Assembly: GCA_965263355.1 (NCBI GenBank)
Contig: CBDHHL010000032.1
Span: forward strand, 2,176,001-2,240,000
Origin: Leptolyngbyaceae cyanobacterium
Lineage (GTDB): Bacteria > Cyanobacteriota > Cyanobacteriia > Phormidesmidales > Phormidesmidaceae
Length of the DNA stretch: 64,000 nt
Direction: 5' to 3'
Part shown: positions 1 to 10,742 of the stretch, piece by piece
How the letters are laid out: every line of letters starts with the position of its first letter
Position numbering within the stretch: the first letter of the stretch is position 1
The notes under the pieces: generated by a model
What the model saw: the letters and a program-made list of their open reading frames with translations, nothing else
What the model was told of the DNA's origin: nothing
The model's database searches: none
Translations under genes and position numbers: made by a program

Positions 1-18
1 ATTTCTGGAGCCTCTACG

Positions 19-1128
19 ATGCGTTGTTGCCCGCCCTCTGATATTGCCTTTTCTCAGGTACGAGAAGATCCTAACATTGAACTCCAGGTGATTGATCAAC
101 TCATCGCATCCAGCTCCCATCCATTGCGAGTCTTGATGGTGGCATCGGGGGGATGCACGGCATTGAGTTTATTGAGTCGACCTGGGATCGCACACATTGA
201 TGCAGTAGATCCCAACATCGCCCAGTTACATTTGGTGGAGCTACGCCGACAGGCATTGATGGGATTAACGCTGGAGGAGCAGCTGCACTTGCTGGGGGGC
301 TTAGATTGCCGGAATCTTGAAGAATCTGGGAATTTGAACCTTGAGTTATATGGCCGGGTGCGATCGCACCTACCGGATACAACCCGACACTACTGGGACC
401 AGCATCCCGAACAGATTGCCTTTGGTGTCAATCAAGTGGGTCGTTTTGAACAACTGTTCCGAGAATTATCGACTCAGTTTGCCGCCATTGGCCTAAATCC
501 CCTGGATGATCCGCTAACAGCGATCCAGCATCCCCAGTGGAGTGCTATTTTTAATACCGTCTTTGAACGGCATAAGCTGATAAAAACCTTTGGCGAGGCA
601 GCGGTCAATTACTCGATGGATCGGAGCTTTGGCGATCATTTTGCCGATGTATTTGCCAACGCATTGACCCGATTTATCCCAAACGAAAACTATTTTTTGA
701 CGCAAGTATGGAGCGATCGCTACACCACAGGTACCAAGGGCGTTCCCCCCTACTTGCAGTCCTCAGCCCAAGAGATTATTCGTGCGCTCGATGTCAATCG
801 CCTAAAACTGCACCACGGAACGTTTACCGACACCCTGGTGCACCTAGCAAATGTTGACCAGCCAGCGAACCAGTTTGACCTGATTCAGTTCTCCAACATT
901 TCCGATTGGATGCCCATTCAAGAGCTGCATTCGATGATGAGACTAATGGTGAACTGTCTGGCACCTGGCGGAGCCATTATTGGCCGCCGATTAAATGGCG
1001 ATCACCAGTTAGCCTCGATTATGGCAGAGCATTTGACCGTGGATAAATCTCTCAGTCAACGACTGCTAGAGGGCGATCGTTCCTTCTTCTATCGAGAAGT
1101 TGTTGTCGGTTTTTGGGCTCAACCATAA
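19..1128 (+). CDS. DUF3419/BtaA-like SAM-dependent transferase
   Basis: N-terminal F-SQVREDP, VASGGCTALSLL, AVDPNIAQLHL, GRFE, ENYF and LSNISDW-like motifs typical of the DUF3419 (BtaA-like) family. Confidence 0.75.
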   Translation: MRCCPPSDIAFSQVREDPNIELQVIDQLIASSSHPLRVLMVASGGCTALSLLSRPGIAHIDAVDPNIAQLHLVELRRQALMGLTLEEQLHLLGGLDCRNLEESGNLNLELYGRVRSHLPDTTRHYWDQHPEQIAFGVNQVGRFEQLFRELSTQFAAIGLNPLDDPLTAIQHPQWSAIFNTVFERHKLIKTFGEAAVNYSMDRSFGDHFADVFANALTRFIPNENYFLTQVWSDRYTTGTKGVPPYLQSSAQEIIRALDVNRLKLHHGTFTDTLVHLANVDQPANQFDLIQFSNISDWMPIQELHSMMRLMVNCLAPGGAIIGRRLNGDHQLASIMAEHLTVDKSLSQRLLEGDRSFFYREVVVGFWAQP

Positions 1129-1164
1129 GAAATGAGCGTTTAACACAATACAAGCTGACGAGTT

Positions 1165-1986
1165 ATGTTATTCCACCACGTATTACCCAACGAGCGCTCT
1201 CACTTTCAATCTCCCATTGCGGCCCTTGAAAAAGAGGCAGTCTATCCCATTGGGGATGATTTCTTTCAAATTGATCATGGTGATGACTATTTTGCCTTTT
1301 TTGATCGTCTGGGTCAGGTAAAGTACTACGTCGGTCTGGATAATGATCGCGTCGTTGCCGTCGGCGCGTGGGTCTTACGCCAGGTACCAGAGTATTTGGA
1401 AGAGTCACACCGTTGTGCCTGGTATCTATGTGATTTTAAGGTACATCCTGATTATCAGTGTCAGCTCCTGTCTCTCCGGTTGTTGCGATATGCGATCGCT
1501 CAAAATAAGGAAACTTGCGATCGCGGCTATGCTATTTCCATGAATTCAGGTTGCGATCGTGCTAACCGACTGGTCAACGCCTTTTGCCGCTTCCCCACCA
1601 TCCAGTTTCGCCATTCTACAAACTTAGGAATTTACAGCCTGGACGCAGCATCAATGCAGCTGTTAGCCCCCTTGTTAAGCAGCCACCGGGGACCCATCTC
1701 CTATCGCTCACTAAACGGAGTCAAAGACTTGCGCCTCCAAAGCAGCGGTCAGGTTCTCCCTTTATTACATGTGCAATGGGGTAATGGATATAATCTGGGG
1801 CATGCATCCCAAACCACCATACCTGAACCATGGGCAGGATACACTCACATGTTTTGTGTACCAGAAAAGGATGAGCTAGCCAGCATACTAACCCAGAAAG
1901 GCATTCATCCAGGAGCTATTGCCAGTGTGATCAGTCATAGGATGGATGGCAACGATTGGCGTTTCATTCTGACCAGCGATATTTAA
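1165..1986 (+). CDS. GNAT-like N-acyltransferase
   Basis: YPIGDDFFQIDHG..YFAFF and WYLCDFKVHPDYQ (acetyl-CoA-binding region); directly downstream of the DUF3419 gene. Confidence 0.6.
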   Translation: MLFHHVLPNERSHFQSPIAALEKEAVYPIGDDFFQIDHGDDYFAFFDRLGQVKYYVGLDNDRVVAVGAWVLRQVPEYLEESHRCAWYLCDFKVHPDYQCQLLSLRLLRYAIAQNKETCDRGYAISMNSGCDRANRLVNAFCRFPTIQFRHSTNLGIYSLDAASMQLLAPLLSSHRGPISYRSLNGVKDLRLQSSGQVLPLLHVQWGNGYNLGHASQTTIPEPWAGYTHMFCVPEKDELASILTQKGIHPGAIASVISHRMDGNDWRFILTSDI

Positions 1987-1994
1987 GTGCCGAA

Positions 1995-3023
1995 CTAAAA
2001 ACGATGAGCTGAGGTATGCTGAGTTGCGCGGAGTCCTTGTTTTTGATAGCGATTTACTTCAGTCAGTGTCAGCTGGAGCAATTGTTGCCCCAGTTTACTC
2101 GTCTCTGAGCAATCAGACTGGGTTTGCAAATGCATCGCCACATCTAGCGCAAAGCCTAGTTTTTGATCACAAAGGGCAAACATCCACAGGGTCAGAAAAT
2201 CTCGTATCGTTGCCCCTCTGGCAATTAGTGATTCCAGACTACGAAAATATCGAGCTTCCAGTGCTGTCGGACTGACTGGCAACCCCATAAAATCAATTGG
2301 TTCTTGGTCCGGTGGCAGCCGATAATCTGCTAAGGCTTGGCGTGTGCTTTGGTGAATCCGGGCAAAGCCTCCATTTTGAAGTTGTAAACTTGCTAACCAA
2401 AACCCTTCATCTAATAGGGCTTGATGACTTTCGGAAAAAGTATTTTCTCCCTCATAAAATGGGATTACCCCCGGCTCAATATCGATGGCCAGAATCCGCG
2501 AGCGGAGGGTTTGATGGATGCTCAGAAACAGGTCTAAATCCTTACCCTGGGAGTCTAGTTTCAACCAGTCCAGGCGATCAAGGTCTAGATCCGTCATCAC
2601 TTGATCTAACCGCATAGCCGGGAATTCAGTTTGGTCGTTGACCACAAAGGTTTCAGTAAATGTGTATTGCGCACATTGGGCCATATCGGGCTTTAAAGTA
2701 CTGGAGCAATAGGGATAATCCGTCAGAAAAAACTTAACCGTATTGGCATCACCGTCGGTGACAATCTTTTTTACGAGCTTAAAGTCCTGGAACCCATAGT
2801 GATTCGCTTCATTCAGTTCCCGCGCATCTGGGTCAAAGCCAATGTAGCTTGCAAAGAAAGCCAATTCCTGCCAAATCGGGGGCGGATCACCGGAAGCACC
2901 AATATCAACCAGAATAAAGCCTTGATCAGGAGCGAGTGTAGTTTGGATTAACTCAGTTAATGACGCCTGGAAAGATGGATCAACCATAGGTTTTGGGGTA
3001 TCCCAATGATAATTGAAGGGCAA
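1995..3023 (-). CDS. FkbM-family methyltransferase
   Basis: VDIGASG, GFDPD and LDWLKLDSQGKDL motifs. Confidence 0.75.
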   Translation of the reverse strand: MPFNYHWDTPKPMVDPSFQASLTELIQTTLAPDQGFILVDIGASGDPPPIWQELAFFASYIGFDPDARELNEANHYGFQDFKLVKKIVTDGDANTVKFFLTDYPYCSSTLKPDMAQCAQYTFTETFVVNDQTEFPAMRLDQVMTDLDLDRLDWLKLDSQGKDLDLFLSIHQTLRSRILAIDIEPGVIPFYEGENTFSESHQALLDEGFWLASLQLQNGGFARIHQSTRQALADYRLPPDQEPIDFMGLPVSPTALEARYFRSLESLIARGATIRDFLTLWMFALCDQKLGFALDVAMHLQTQSDCSETSKLGQQLLQLTLTEVNRYQKQGLRATQHTSAHRF

Positions 3024-3060
3024 TCGGTTGCCTGGTGATTATAAAGATGAAAATCGATGC

Positions 3061-3852
3061 TTATGACGCAGAATTGTCTCGCTTGGGGGGATGGGCCTGA
3101 TCCCACAGAACTGTTTCTTCGGGATGTTGAAAGTCATCTGCCACCACAAATCGAGCCGCCGGATCGGACTGTGGGTAAGTTTTCACATAGATAAGACAGC
3201 CTTCATCGGAAGACGGTTGATAGGGTTCATTGGGGATGTAACGCAGCCAAGTACTGGGGGGATAGCAGCCCCGTTCATCTTGCCAAGTACCCTGCACCAC
3301 AAAGATTTCCTTGATTTTCGTTTCCACTTGGAAATCTAATTGGGTGCCCGGTTGCCACCGTTCAAACCAAACTTTCTCATTAAACCCTGGTTGGGCATAA
3401 ATCGGCTGAATTTCGATGTTGGCATGGGGGCCGGGTTGCCAATCTCCCTCAAAAATATTTACCCGCAATTGTTCTCGGGTTTTGCCACCATGTTGACGTA
3501 GCTTCACAAAGGTCATACAGCCATGGTCACTGTGGGGTCGGTGAATAAACCCTTCTGGGTTTAACATGTAAGTGCCCGGCGGATGTACACCAGTTTCGTC
3601 AGCAAAATATCCGTCTAGGACCAGAATTTCTTCGCCACCAGGATGACCATGCAACGGGAAAAAGCCACCGGCATCAAACCGGGTAAGCATAGTGACCGGG
3701 TGATCTTGCACCTCATCATTGGACTCAAAGCACCCAAACCAAATGCCCGTAAAATCCGTGGGAAACCACGTGAGTGAATCGGGCTCCACGGCAACTCTTG
3801 TCAAGGAATTGGCATGGATTTGCTGAGGTTGCCATTGTGTATCAGTAGCCAT
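3061..3852 (-). CDS. ChrR-like double cupin protein
   Basis: HGHPGGEEILVLDG..DETG..PPGTY..NP..H.P repeated in two cupin halves. Confidence 0.8.
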   Translation of the reverse strand: MATDTQWQPQQIHANSLTRVAVEPDSLTWFPTDFTGIWFGCFESNDEVQDHPVTMLTRFDAGGFFPLHGHPGGEEILVLDGYFADETGVHPPGTYMLNPEGFIHRPHSDHGCMTFVKLRQHGGKTREQLRVNIFEGDWQPGPHANIEIQPIYAQPGFNEKVWFERWQPGTQLDFQVETKIKEIFVVQGTWQDERGCYPPSTWLRYIPNEPYQPSSDEGCLIYVKTYPQSDPAARFVVADDFQHPEETVLWDQAHPPKRDNSAS

Positions 3853-4182
3853 ACTGCATTCAACTAAGGTCTTAGGTTCAGATGCACAGTAATTATGCCA
3901 AATCTTGTGGGCCTAATTACTAGCTAACCCAGTATAGATTAAGAGCATGTAATCATTAAAAATCGCGATCACTTCAATCATCAAGTAATTGCCACAACAA
4001 CAGTCCAGAGTTGCTGCAAAAAGTACCTGTACTGTTATAAAACGAGCTAAACTCCTTGACTTTTCAGGTGATAAATGTCATTTACAGAGCGGCAATTTAG
4101 AAGGGCCTCATAGCCTTGCAAACGTTATCTGAACCGCATAACGTAGAGTTGTTGTGTCCAAAATTTTGGCTGTAGCATAGCA

Positions 4183-4845
4183 CTAGGTATTGTCTTGGGA
4201 CCAGACTCGCCCGCTTCGTTCAGTATCAATACGAAAGTCAGAATACTTGCGATTAAATATCTCTTGACCCAGCTGCTCAGCGGCCATAATCGGGGACCCA
4301 GGATCGCGTATCACCTCACTGCGACTGTTGCCAATACCCCTAACCACACCGACAAACTCAGAATGGGTATACCGAGAATATTCCTGAATCTGATGGACAA
4401 TCCCCAGCGATGCACCTGGATAGGTTTCTTCAGAAGCCAGCACCAAACCGATGCGCTTGCGAGTCATCTGCTCCATGACCTGTGCAGAGTCAGGATAGGA
4501 AGCCGCATAGTAACAAAATGTCCGATCAAAAAACACTTTTGTCTGGGCGGATAATCCATACCAATAAACTGGCGAACAAAAAACGACTCCCGCTGCTGGC
4601 AAAAAGTCGTCAAAAAATAACGCTCGAAAGTTATCTTCAATGGCACATTCACCATTGGGCAGACGACACTGACGACAATCCCGCAAAAAGTTTGAAACTG
4701 AGTCGTCAATAAAGCGGAGGGATACCTGGGTTCCTATCTCCTCAGCTCCCCGCTGAACGGCAGCAGCAAGGGTGGCTGAGTTGCCATTTCGACGAGGGCT
4801 ACCGACAAGAATAAGTAGCTTTTTTGAATCACTCATTGCAAACAT
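4183..4845 (-). CDS. NAD(P)H-dependent FMN reductase / iron-sulfur flavoprotein family
   Basis: GSPRRNGNS, CRQC..C and SPVYWYG..K.FFDR motifs. Confidence 0.85.
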   Translation of the reverse strand: MFAMSDSKKLLILVGSPRRNGNSATLAAAVQRGAEEIGTQVSLRFIDDSVSNFLRDCRQCRLPNGECAIEDNFRALFFDDFLPAAGVVFCSPVYWYGLSAQTKVFFDRTFCYYAASYPDSAQVMEQMTRKRIGLVLASEETYPGASLGIVHQIQEYSRYTHSEFVGVVRGIGNSRSEVIRDPGSPIMAAEQLGQEIFNRKYSDFRIDTERSGRVWSQDNT

Positions 4846-5134
4846 GGTTTCTACTAGACGAGTATTGCATCAAGCTCAAAATTTTGGCAGTCCTTACAGG
4901 GGCTTAAAGGATTAATGGCACATCGCAGAAATGGAGATTGGGCGTTGTGGAGACAATGCATCCTAACGCGTTTAGCCATTTCGTTTATGGAGGGTATCCA
5001 TTCAAGCCGGGAAATTCTGGTTAACTAGGAATCTAGAACCCAGGAGCCAGAATGGATAAGGGATATGGCTTCTGACTTCTGACATCTATCCTTGGGAAAA
5101 CTGCCCGCTTTAAGTTGGTACCCCAAATGGATTG

Positions 5135-6496
5135 TCAAAAGAATTTTAGATAGCGCTGGATTTCCCAATCTGACACATGACAGTGGTACTCTTCCCACTC
5201 CTGGGTTTTGAAATCTACATAGGTCTTATACATTAAGGGACCCATCACCTCTTTGCTAAGGGGATCGGCGGCGAAGGCTGCGATCGCATCCCCCAACGTC
5301 TTGGGCAACGTCTCAATCCCCATGGCCTTTAGCTCCTCCAGCGAATACAAATACATATTCTCTGTATGGGGTTCACCGGGATCCAGCCCTTTACGAATCC
5401 CTTCTAGACCAGCCGCTAAAATCATTGCCGCCCCCAGATAAAGATTGGTCGAAATATCCGCCGCCCGACATTCCACCCGACCACCCCCCATGGGAATCCG
5501 CAACATATTGGTACGGTTATTATTGCCATAGCAAATGTAAACCGGTGCCCAGGTAAATCCGGACATACTACCCTTACGCACCAACCGCTTATAGCTATTC
5601 ACCGTTGGACAGGTCACCGATACAATTGCCTTAGCATGGTTAAGAACACCGGCAATAAACTGATAGCCCAGCTTGGACAACCCCCGAGGATCGCTGGGAT
5701 CTTCAAAAAGATTCTTGCCAGTTTCTAGATCTGCCAGAGACATATTGTAATGGGCACCACTCCCTGTCTGGTTGGCAAAGGGTTTAGGCATAAAGCTGGC
5801 AAAATAGCCTTCTTCCCGCACCAATTCCTTTACCATAAAGCGAAAGAATGTCAGCCGATCTGCCATTTTTAAGGCATCACAGTAGGTAAAATCCGTCTCA
5901 AACTGGCCCTGGGCATCCTCATGGTCAAAGGAGTACACATCCCACCCCAGGCCATTCATAGTACTGACAATTTTGTCCAGAATTTTGTAGTTATCCAAAA
6001 CCGTGGGCAGGGCATAGGCCGCTTTGGGGAGTGTGTCGCGATCGCTAACCGGACCAAACCCCGTTTCAGTCTCTTTAAAGATAAAGAACTCTGTTTCAAT
6101 CCCTAGATTGAATCCATACCCCATCTCCGCTGCCTGCTTGAGCACATTTTTAAGAATAGTTCGACAACAGGCCTCAAAGGGTTTACCCACCAAGTGTAGA
6201 TCACTGGCAAACCAGACAATCTCTGGATTCCACGGCAATATTGTTGCACTGTCCGGGTCAGGCATTGTGCCCACTTCATCATCATTAATTTCTTGGGGGA
6301 CTCCATCCAGGGCCGCCCCCGTAAACAACTCTGACCCCTGCACCATGCGGTCAAAGTGACTCATGGGAACAACTTTACCCTTACACATGCCATGGATATC
6401 CACAAAGCTGGCCATAGCATATTTGACACCCTTTTCTGTCAGGGATTGTTGGAGCGATTCTAATTCGGGAGAGAGAGGCTTTAGTTCGGGGTACAT
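5135..6496 (-). CDS. glnT: type III glutamate--ammonia ligase family (GlnT / gamma-glutamyl-amine synthetase-like), copy 1
   Basis: GIETEFF, DHEDAQGQFE, FMPKPF, GSGAHYN, TVNSYKRL, YGNNNRT and ECRAAD glutamine-synthetase-fold motifs with the GlnT signature. Confidence 0.85.
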   Translation of the reverse strand: MYPELKPLSPELESLQQSLTEKGVKYAMASFVDIHGMCKGKVVPMSHFDRMVQGSELFTGAALDGVPQEINDDEVGTMPDPDSATILPWNPEIVWFASDLHLVGKPFEACCRTILKNVLKQAAEMGYGFNLGIETEFFIFKETETGFGPVSDRDTLPKAAYALPTVLDNYKILDKIVSTMNGLGWDVYSFDHEDAQGQFETDFTYCDALKMADRLTFFRFMVKELVREEGYFASFMPKPFANQTGSGAHYNMSLADLETGKNLFEDPSDPRGLSKLGYQFIAGVLNHAKAIVSVTCPTVNSYKRLVRKGSMSGFTWAPVYICYGNNNRTNMLRIPMGGGRVECRAADISTNLYLGAAMILAAGLEGIRKGLDPGEPHTENMYLYSLEELKAMGIETLPKTLGDAIAAFAADPLSKEVMGPLMYKTYVDFKTQEWEEYHCHVSDWEIQRYLKFF

Positions 6497-6574
6497 ATTA
6501 GAAAGAGGGCAAGGGAAAAGGGATAATCTTGTAGAGGCGGTGCCTTGTGCCCGCCCAAATGTCGAGCGTTTCTT

Positions 6575-7309
6575 CTATACAGAAATAATCTTCTGCGTCG
6601 GTTTAGCATCTACACAAAGCGCTAACCAATCTTCAGCAACTTGTTCTGCAAATGCAGCTGCACCATCGGCATATTGTTTTATCTGCTCTTGTATTTCCTG
6701 ATCCAAATTAGGATAGTGGGCATTGATCCAATCACTTTTAGCCGCTAACCAATCGGCAATAATGTCTGGTGTAACTTCCAGGTGAAACTGAAAACCATAA
6801 ACATTGGTGCCAATGCGATAGGCCTGATGCTTACAGCGGTAGTTAGTCATTAACAGCGTTGCCTGCACCGGTAGATCAAAAGTATCAAAGTGCCACTGCA
6901 TAATGTGTAAATCAGCAGGGCAATTTTGCAACCAGACCTCCGTGGTCGGGGACTCTACAACTTTTAGAGGAGAAAACCCCAGTTCAGGTGTACTGTGGGG
7001 ATAAACTTGCGAGCCAAACGCACGGGCAATAAGCTGCGATCCTAAACACACCCCCATGATGGGTTTATTCTCAGCATGGAACTGATGAATTAGCTCAACC
7101 ACCTGCCTTAGATGAGGGTACTTATCATCCTCATGGGCATTCATATGGCCACCTAGAATAATTAGTCCAGCAAAGTCACCATCGGGCAACATAGTTTGTT
7201 TCTCTGGCAACCAGATAGTCAACGCTGCACCCAATTTGACAAGCTGGTCACCCAAAACACCAATAGGATCACGAATACTATTCTGAACAACTAGAATTTT
7301 GACTTTCAT
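6575..7309 (-). CDS. class I glutamine amidotransferase (gamma-glutamyl amide hydrolase-like)
   Basis: GVCLGSQL nucleophile elbow, QWHFDTF, QFHLE triad. Confidence 0.85.
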   Translation of the reverse strand: MKVKILVVQNSIRDPIGVLGDQLVKLGAALTIWLPEKQTMLPDGDFAGLIILGGHMNAHEDDKYPHLRQVVELIHQFHAENKPIMGVCLGSQLIARAFGSQVYPHSTPELGFSPLKVVESPTTEVWLQNCPADLHIMQWHFDTFDLPVQATLLMTNYRCKHQAYRIGTNVYGFQFHLEVTPDIIADWLAAKSDWINAHYPNLDQEIQEQIKQYADGAAAFAEQVAEDWLALCVDAKPTQKIISV

Positions 7310-7590
7310 ATTGCCTTAACTCAAAAAATCTCTAATTTGCTAAAGCATGCTTCAAAACCTGACAATAGCATGCCGAAAAATCGTCATTAAAACTGTTTAA
7401 GTATGACTGAATTACTCTGCAAACTATGTCTTATTCGAAGGCACTTTATTCCCTGCTCATTCTTCATCCAAAGGTTATAAGTAAACATCTACTGGCGAAA
7501 TATATATTGGTTCATATCGTTAATGCAAAGCCTTAAATGCATATTTTTAGTCAATTTCGTAGCAGTCTAAATTAATACTTTTATAAAAAA

Positions 7591-7604
7591 GTACTAGGCT
7601 ATAC
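7591..7604. promoter_or_regulatory. candidate NtcA box in divergent promoter region
   Basis: GTActaggctaTAC matches GTA-N8-TAC, in an AT-rich intergenic region between the GATase/glnT operon and the AGCS transporter. Confidence 0.5.
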
Positions 7605-7788
7605 AACGCTAATTATTAAAGCAGTAGAGACTTATCCTTTAGGAGTTAGCTATTCACTAGAAACTTAAGGTTTTTGAGCATGCTATTTGAGTGTGCTGAC
7701 ATGTCCTTTATACAATACAAGGATGACTTTAGGTGCTGACTTGAGACTTGTTTGACACTTGTAAAAGTAGGCTTCAGGGACATTATCC

Positions 7789-9231
7789 ATGATAGATTTT
7801 CTCAACGATTTGCTATGGGGCAAGATCCTCATAGTTGTCTTGGTAGCGGTTGGGTTACTTTTTACCATTGCTTCACGATTTGTTCAGTTTCGTTATTTTG
7901 GTCAAATGTTTGCCATCATGGGGCAAGCAACTCACCATGAATCCGGTGGCCATCTCAGTTCCTTTCAGGCTTTAGTACTGAGTGTTGCAGGCCGAGTTGG
8001 CGCAGGCAACATTGCTGGTGTTGCTGTTGCGATTACCTTAGGCGGTCCTGGTGCAGTCTTTTGGATGTGGGTAATCGGCTTAATTGGTATGTCTACCAGC
8101 TTCTTTGAATGTACCTTAGCGCAGGTATTTAAGAATGCTGAACCTAACGGCACCTATCGAGGTGGTCCCGCTTACTACATCAAACGAGGGTTAGGAAAAT
8201 GGTGGCTGTCATCCCTGTTTTCAATCCTTCTGCTAGTCACCTTCGGCTTTAGCTTCAATGCCTTACAGTCTTATACGGTGGCAGCTTCACTCAACGATAC
8301 CTTTGGCATTCCTCCTCAGATTACGGGCTTCCTTTTACTGATTATTTTAGGTGTCACTATTTTTGGTGGCGTTAAGCGAATTGCCGAAGTGGCAGAATTT
8401 GTTGTACCAATTATGGCCGTGGGATATTTTCTGATGGCGGTGTTTGTCATCATTACCAATCTTGGCAATATTCCAGGTGTCTTTGCCCTAATTTTCAAAA
8501 GTGCCTTTGGTGTCCAGCAGGCTGTTAGCGGGGGGATTGGTGCCGCCATTATCTTTGGTGTTAAACGGGGACTATTTTCAAATGAAGCCGGTCTAGGTAG
8601 TGCTCCCAATGTGGCCGCCGTTGCCTATGTCAAACATCCTGTAAATCAGGGAATTGTTCAGGCGTTTAGTGTATTTATCGACACCATTGTGTTGTGCTCT
8701 TGCACCGCAGCGATTATTTTGCTGTCAACTGTATACGAACCTGGCTCAGACATTGGTGGGATTACCATGACCCAGTCTGCGATGGCTGAGCATGTCGGCG
8801 CATGGGGCCGAGCATTTGTCACCATTGCCCTTGTCCTTTTTGCCTTCACCTCCATGATTTACAACTATTATCTGGGAGAAAACAGCCTAAACTTTTTTAG
8901 TGAAGAAAATAAGATGTTGTTCAATGGCTTCCGGGTTATAACCCTGGCATTAATTGTCTGGGGCGCATCCCAGGACCTAGGCACAATCTTTGGTTTTGCT
9001 GATGTAACCATGGGACTGCTGGCATTGGTTAACTTAGTCGCCCTCGTCTTACTGTTTAAGGTTGGCCTAAAGGTAATGCGAGATTTTGATCGGCAAATTC
9101 AAAACGGTATATCCCAACCAATTTTTGACGCCAGAAAATTTCCTGAACTTGACCTTGACACAGAAGCTTGGGTCTTAGATACCCCTACACCCGCAATGGC
9201 ATCTATCTCATCTGAGATACAGACGCCATAA
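7789..9231 (+). CDS. alanine/glycine:cation symporter (AGCS family)
   Basis: RVGAGNIAGVA..GGPGAVFWMW, RGGPAYYI and KRGLFSNEAGLGSAP motifs. Confidence 0.92.
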   Translation: MIDFLNDLLWGKILIVVLVAVGLLFTIASRFVQFRYFGQMFAIMGQATHHESGGHLSSFQALVLSVAGRVGAGNIAGVAVAITLGGPGAVFWMWVIGLIGMSTSFFECTLAQVFKNAEPNGTYRGGPAYYIKRGLGKWWLSSLFSILLLVTFGFSFNALQSYTVAASLNDTFGIPPQITGFLLLIILGVTIFGGVKRIAEVAEFVVPIMAVGYFLMAVFVIITNLGNIPGVFALIFKSAFGVQQAVSGGIGAAIIFGVKRGLFSNEAGLGSAPNVAAVAYVKHPVNQGIVQAFSVFIDTIVLCSCTAAIILLSTVYEPGSDIGGITMTQSAMAEHVGAWGRAFVTIALVLFAFTSMIYNYYLGENSLNFFSEENKMLFNGFRVITLALIVWGASQDLGTIFGFADVTMGLLALVNLVALVLLFKVGLKVMRDFDRQIQNGISQPIFDARKFPELDLDTEAWVLDTPTPAMASISSEIQTP

Positions 9232-9256
9232 CAGAGTTGGAAGAACAAAACTCTAC

Positions 9257-9296
9257 AGGAGTCAGAATTATCCTCCTTACTAATTTCTGACTCCTA
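9257..9296. terminator. hairpin built from GGAGTCAGAA-type short repeat
   Basis: AGGAGTCAGAATTA...TAATTTCTGACTCCT inverted repeat just after the AGCS stop; related motifs near 5040-5085 and 58250-58280. Confidence 0.5.
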
Positions 9297-9340
9297 GATA
9301 TTAGTTTCCCCGATTAAATTTTTACCGAGAAGTCATTACC

Positions 9341-9356
9341 TGTAACCAAAGTTACA
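9341..9356 (+). promoter_or_regulatory. NtcA box upstream of second glnT
   Basis: TGTAaccaaagtTACA, a full TGTA-N8-TACA match, about 55 bp before the start codon. Confidence 0.7.
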
Positions 9357-9411
9357 AACATACCCCATTAAGGCTGTTTTACTGAGACTAAATGCTCAGA
9401 GGCTTCCGTGT

Positions 9412-10737
9412 ATGGTGGGCACACTTACGCAGACAAAAACACTTGTTGAAAAAGCGAAAGAGCTTGGGATTAAATTCTTTCTAGTTTCCTATACTGATCT
9501 GTTGGGGGGCACCAGGGCTAAGCTAGTCCCTGCCACTAAAATCGCATCGGTAGAAGAGGATGGAGCTTTCTTTTGTTCCTTTGCCTCCAATTTAGGATTA
9601 GGGCCAGATGCCCCTGAAATTGCGGCCGTTCCAGATCCAGACTCTTTAATTCAGCTACCCTGGGAACCGACGGTGGGTTGGGTCGCCAGTGATGTCTACT
9701 TTGAGGGTAAGCCATTTGCGGCTGCGCCACGCATGATGCTCAATCGGGTACTGGATCAATGCACTGAACTGGGCTACACCTACAAGGCGGGCGTAGAAGC
9801 TGAATTCTTTTTATTAAAGAAAACTGAAACGGGGTACGCCATTGCAGATGAAAAGGATGTGGCAGAACGCCCCTGCTATGACCAGATTAATTTAATGCGC
9901 CAGTTTGATCTGATCTCTACCCTGGTGGAGTACATGGAACAGTTGGGCTGGGGACCCTATCAATGTGACCATGAGGATGCCAACGGTCAGTTTGAGCTGA
10001 ACTGGACCTATAGTGATGCACGCACGACTTGCGATCGCCACGTTTTCTTTAAATATATGGTCAAAACCCTGGCAGAGCAGCGGGGGTACACCGCCACCTT
10101 TATGCCCAAGCCCTTTAGCCACATTACCGGTAATGGAGGCCATGTTCACAACAGTCTCTGGCAAGGTACCGTAAATAGCTTTGAAAAGGGTGCTGATGAT
10201 GGCGGATTGTCTCCCGTGGGTTATCACTTTCTGGGTGGTGTACTGGCCCATGCCAAAGGGTTAGCGGCCCTGTTTGCCCCAACGGTCAACTCCTATCGAC
10301 GTTTGGGAGCCAGCATGACCGCCTCGGGCAGCACCTGGTCCCCGCGCTATATCTCCTACGGCGGCAACAACCGTTCCCATATGATCCGTATTCCTGAATC
10401 TGGACGCTTTGAATGTCGGTTAATTGATGGTTCGGCTAATCTGTACCTTGCCCTGGCGGGACTATTAGCTGCCGGTCTGGACGGGATTAAAAAACAAACC
10501 TCTCCAGGTAAACGCATTGATGAAAATCTATTTGCCCGTGGAGATGAATTTCCCGATCTAGAAACGCTGCCAACTAATCTCTACGAGGCGCTGGAGGCAC
10601 TTAAGAAGAATGAGTTGCTGATGGAAACATTGGGAGAACTAGGCGCAAAGACATTCTTTGAGTTTAAGCACAAGGAATGGAATACATTTTGTTCTCAGAT
10701 AACTGAGTGGGAGATGAATCAGTACATTAATATTTAA
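9412..10737 (+). CDS. glnT: type III glutamate--ammonia ligase family (GlnT / gamma-glutamylmethylamide synthetase-like), copy 2
   Basis: RAKLVP, GVEAEFF, PCYDQ, DHEDANGQFE, FMPKPF, TVNSYRRL and YGGNNRSHMIR motifs. Confidence 0.85.
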   Translation: MVGTLTQTKTLVEKAKELGIKFFLVSYTDLLGGTRAKLVPATKIASVEEDGAFFCSFASNLGLGPDAPEIAAVPDPDSLIQLPWEPTVGWVASDVYFEGKPFAAAPRMMLNRVLDQCTELGYTYKAGVEAEFFLLKKTETGYAIADEKDVAERPCYDQINLMRQFDLISTLVEYMEQLGWGPYQCDHEDANGQFELNWTYSDARTTCDRHVFFKYMVKTLAEQRGYTATFMPKPFSHITGNGGHVHNSLWQGTVNSFEKGADDGGLSPVGYHFLGGVLAHAKGLAALFAPTVNSYRRLGASMTASGSTWSPRYISYGGNNRSHMIRIPESGRFECRLIDGSANLYLALAGLLAAGLDGIKKQTSPGKRIDENLFARGDEFPDLETLPTNLYEALEALKKNELLMETLGELGAKTFFEFKHKEWNTFCSQITEWEMNQYINI

Positions 10738-10742
10738 GCATT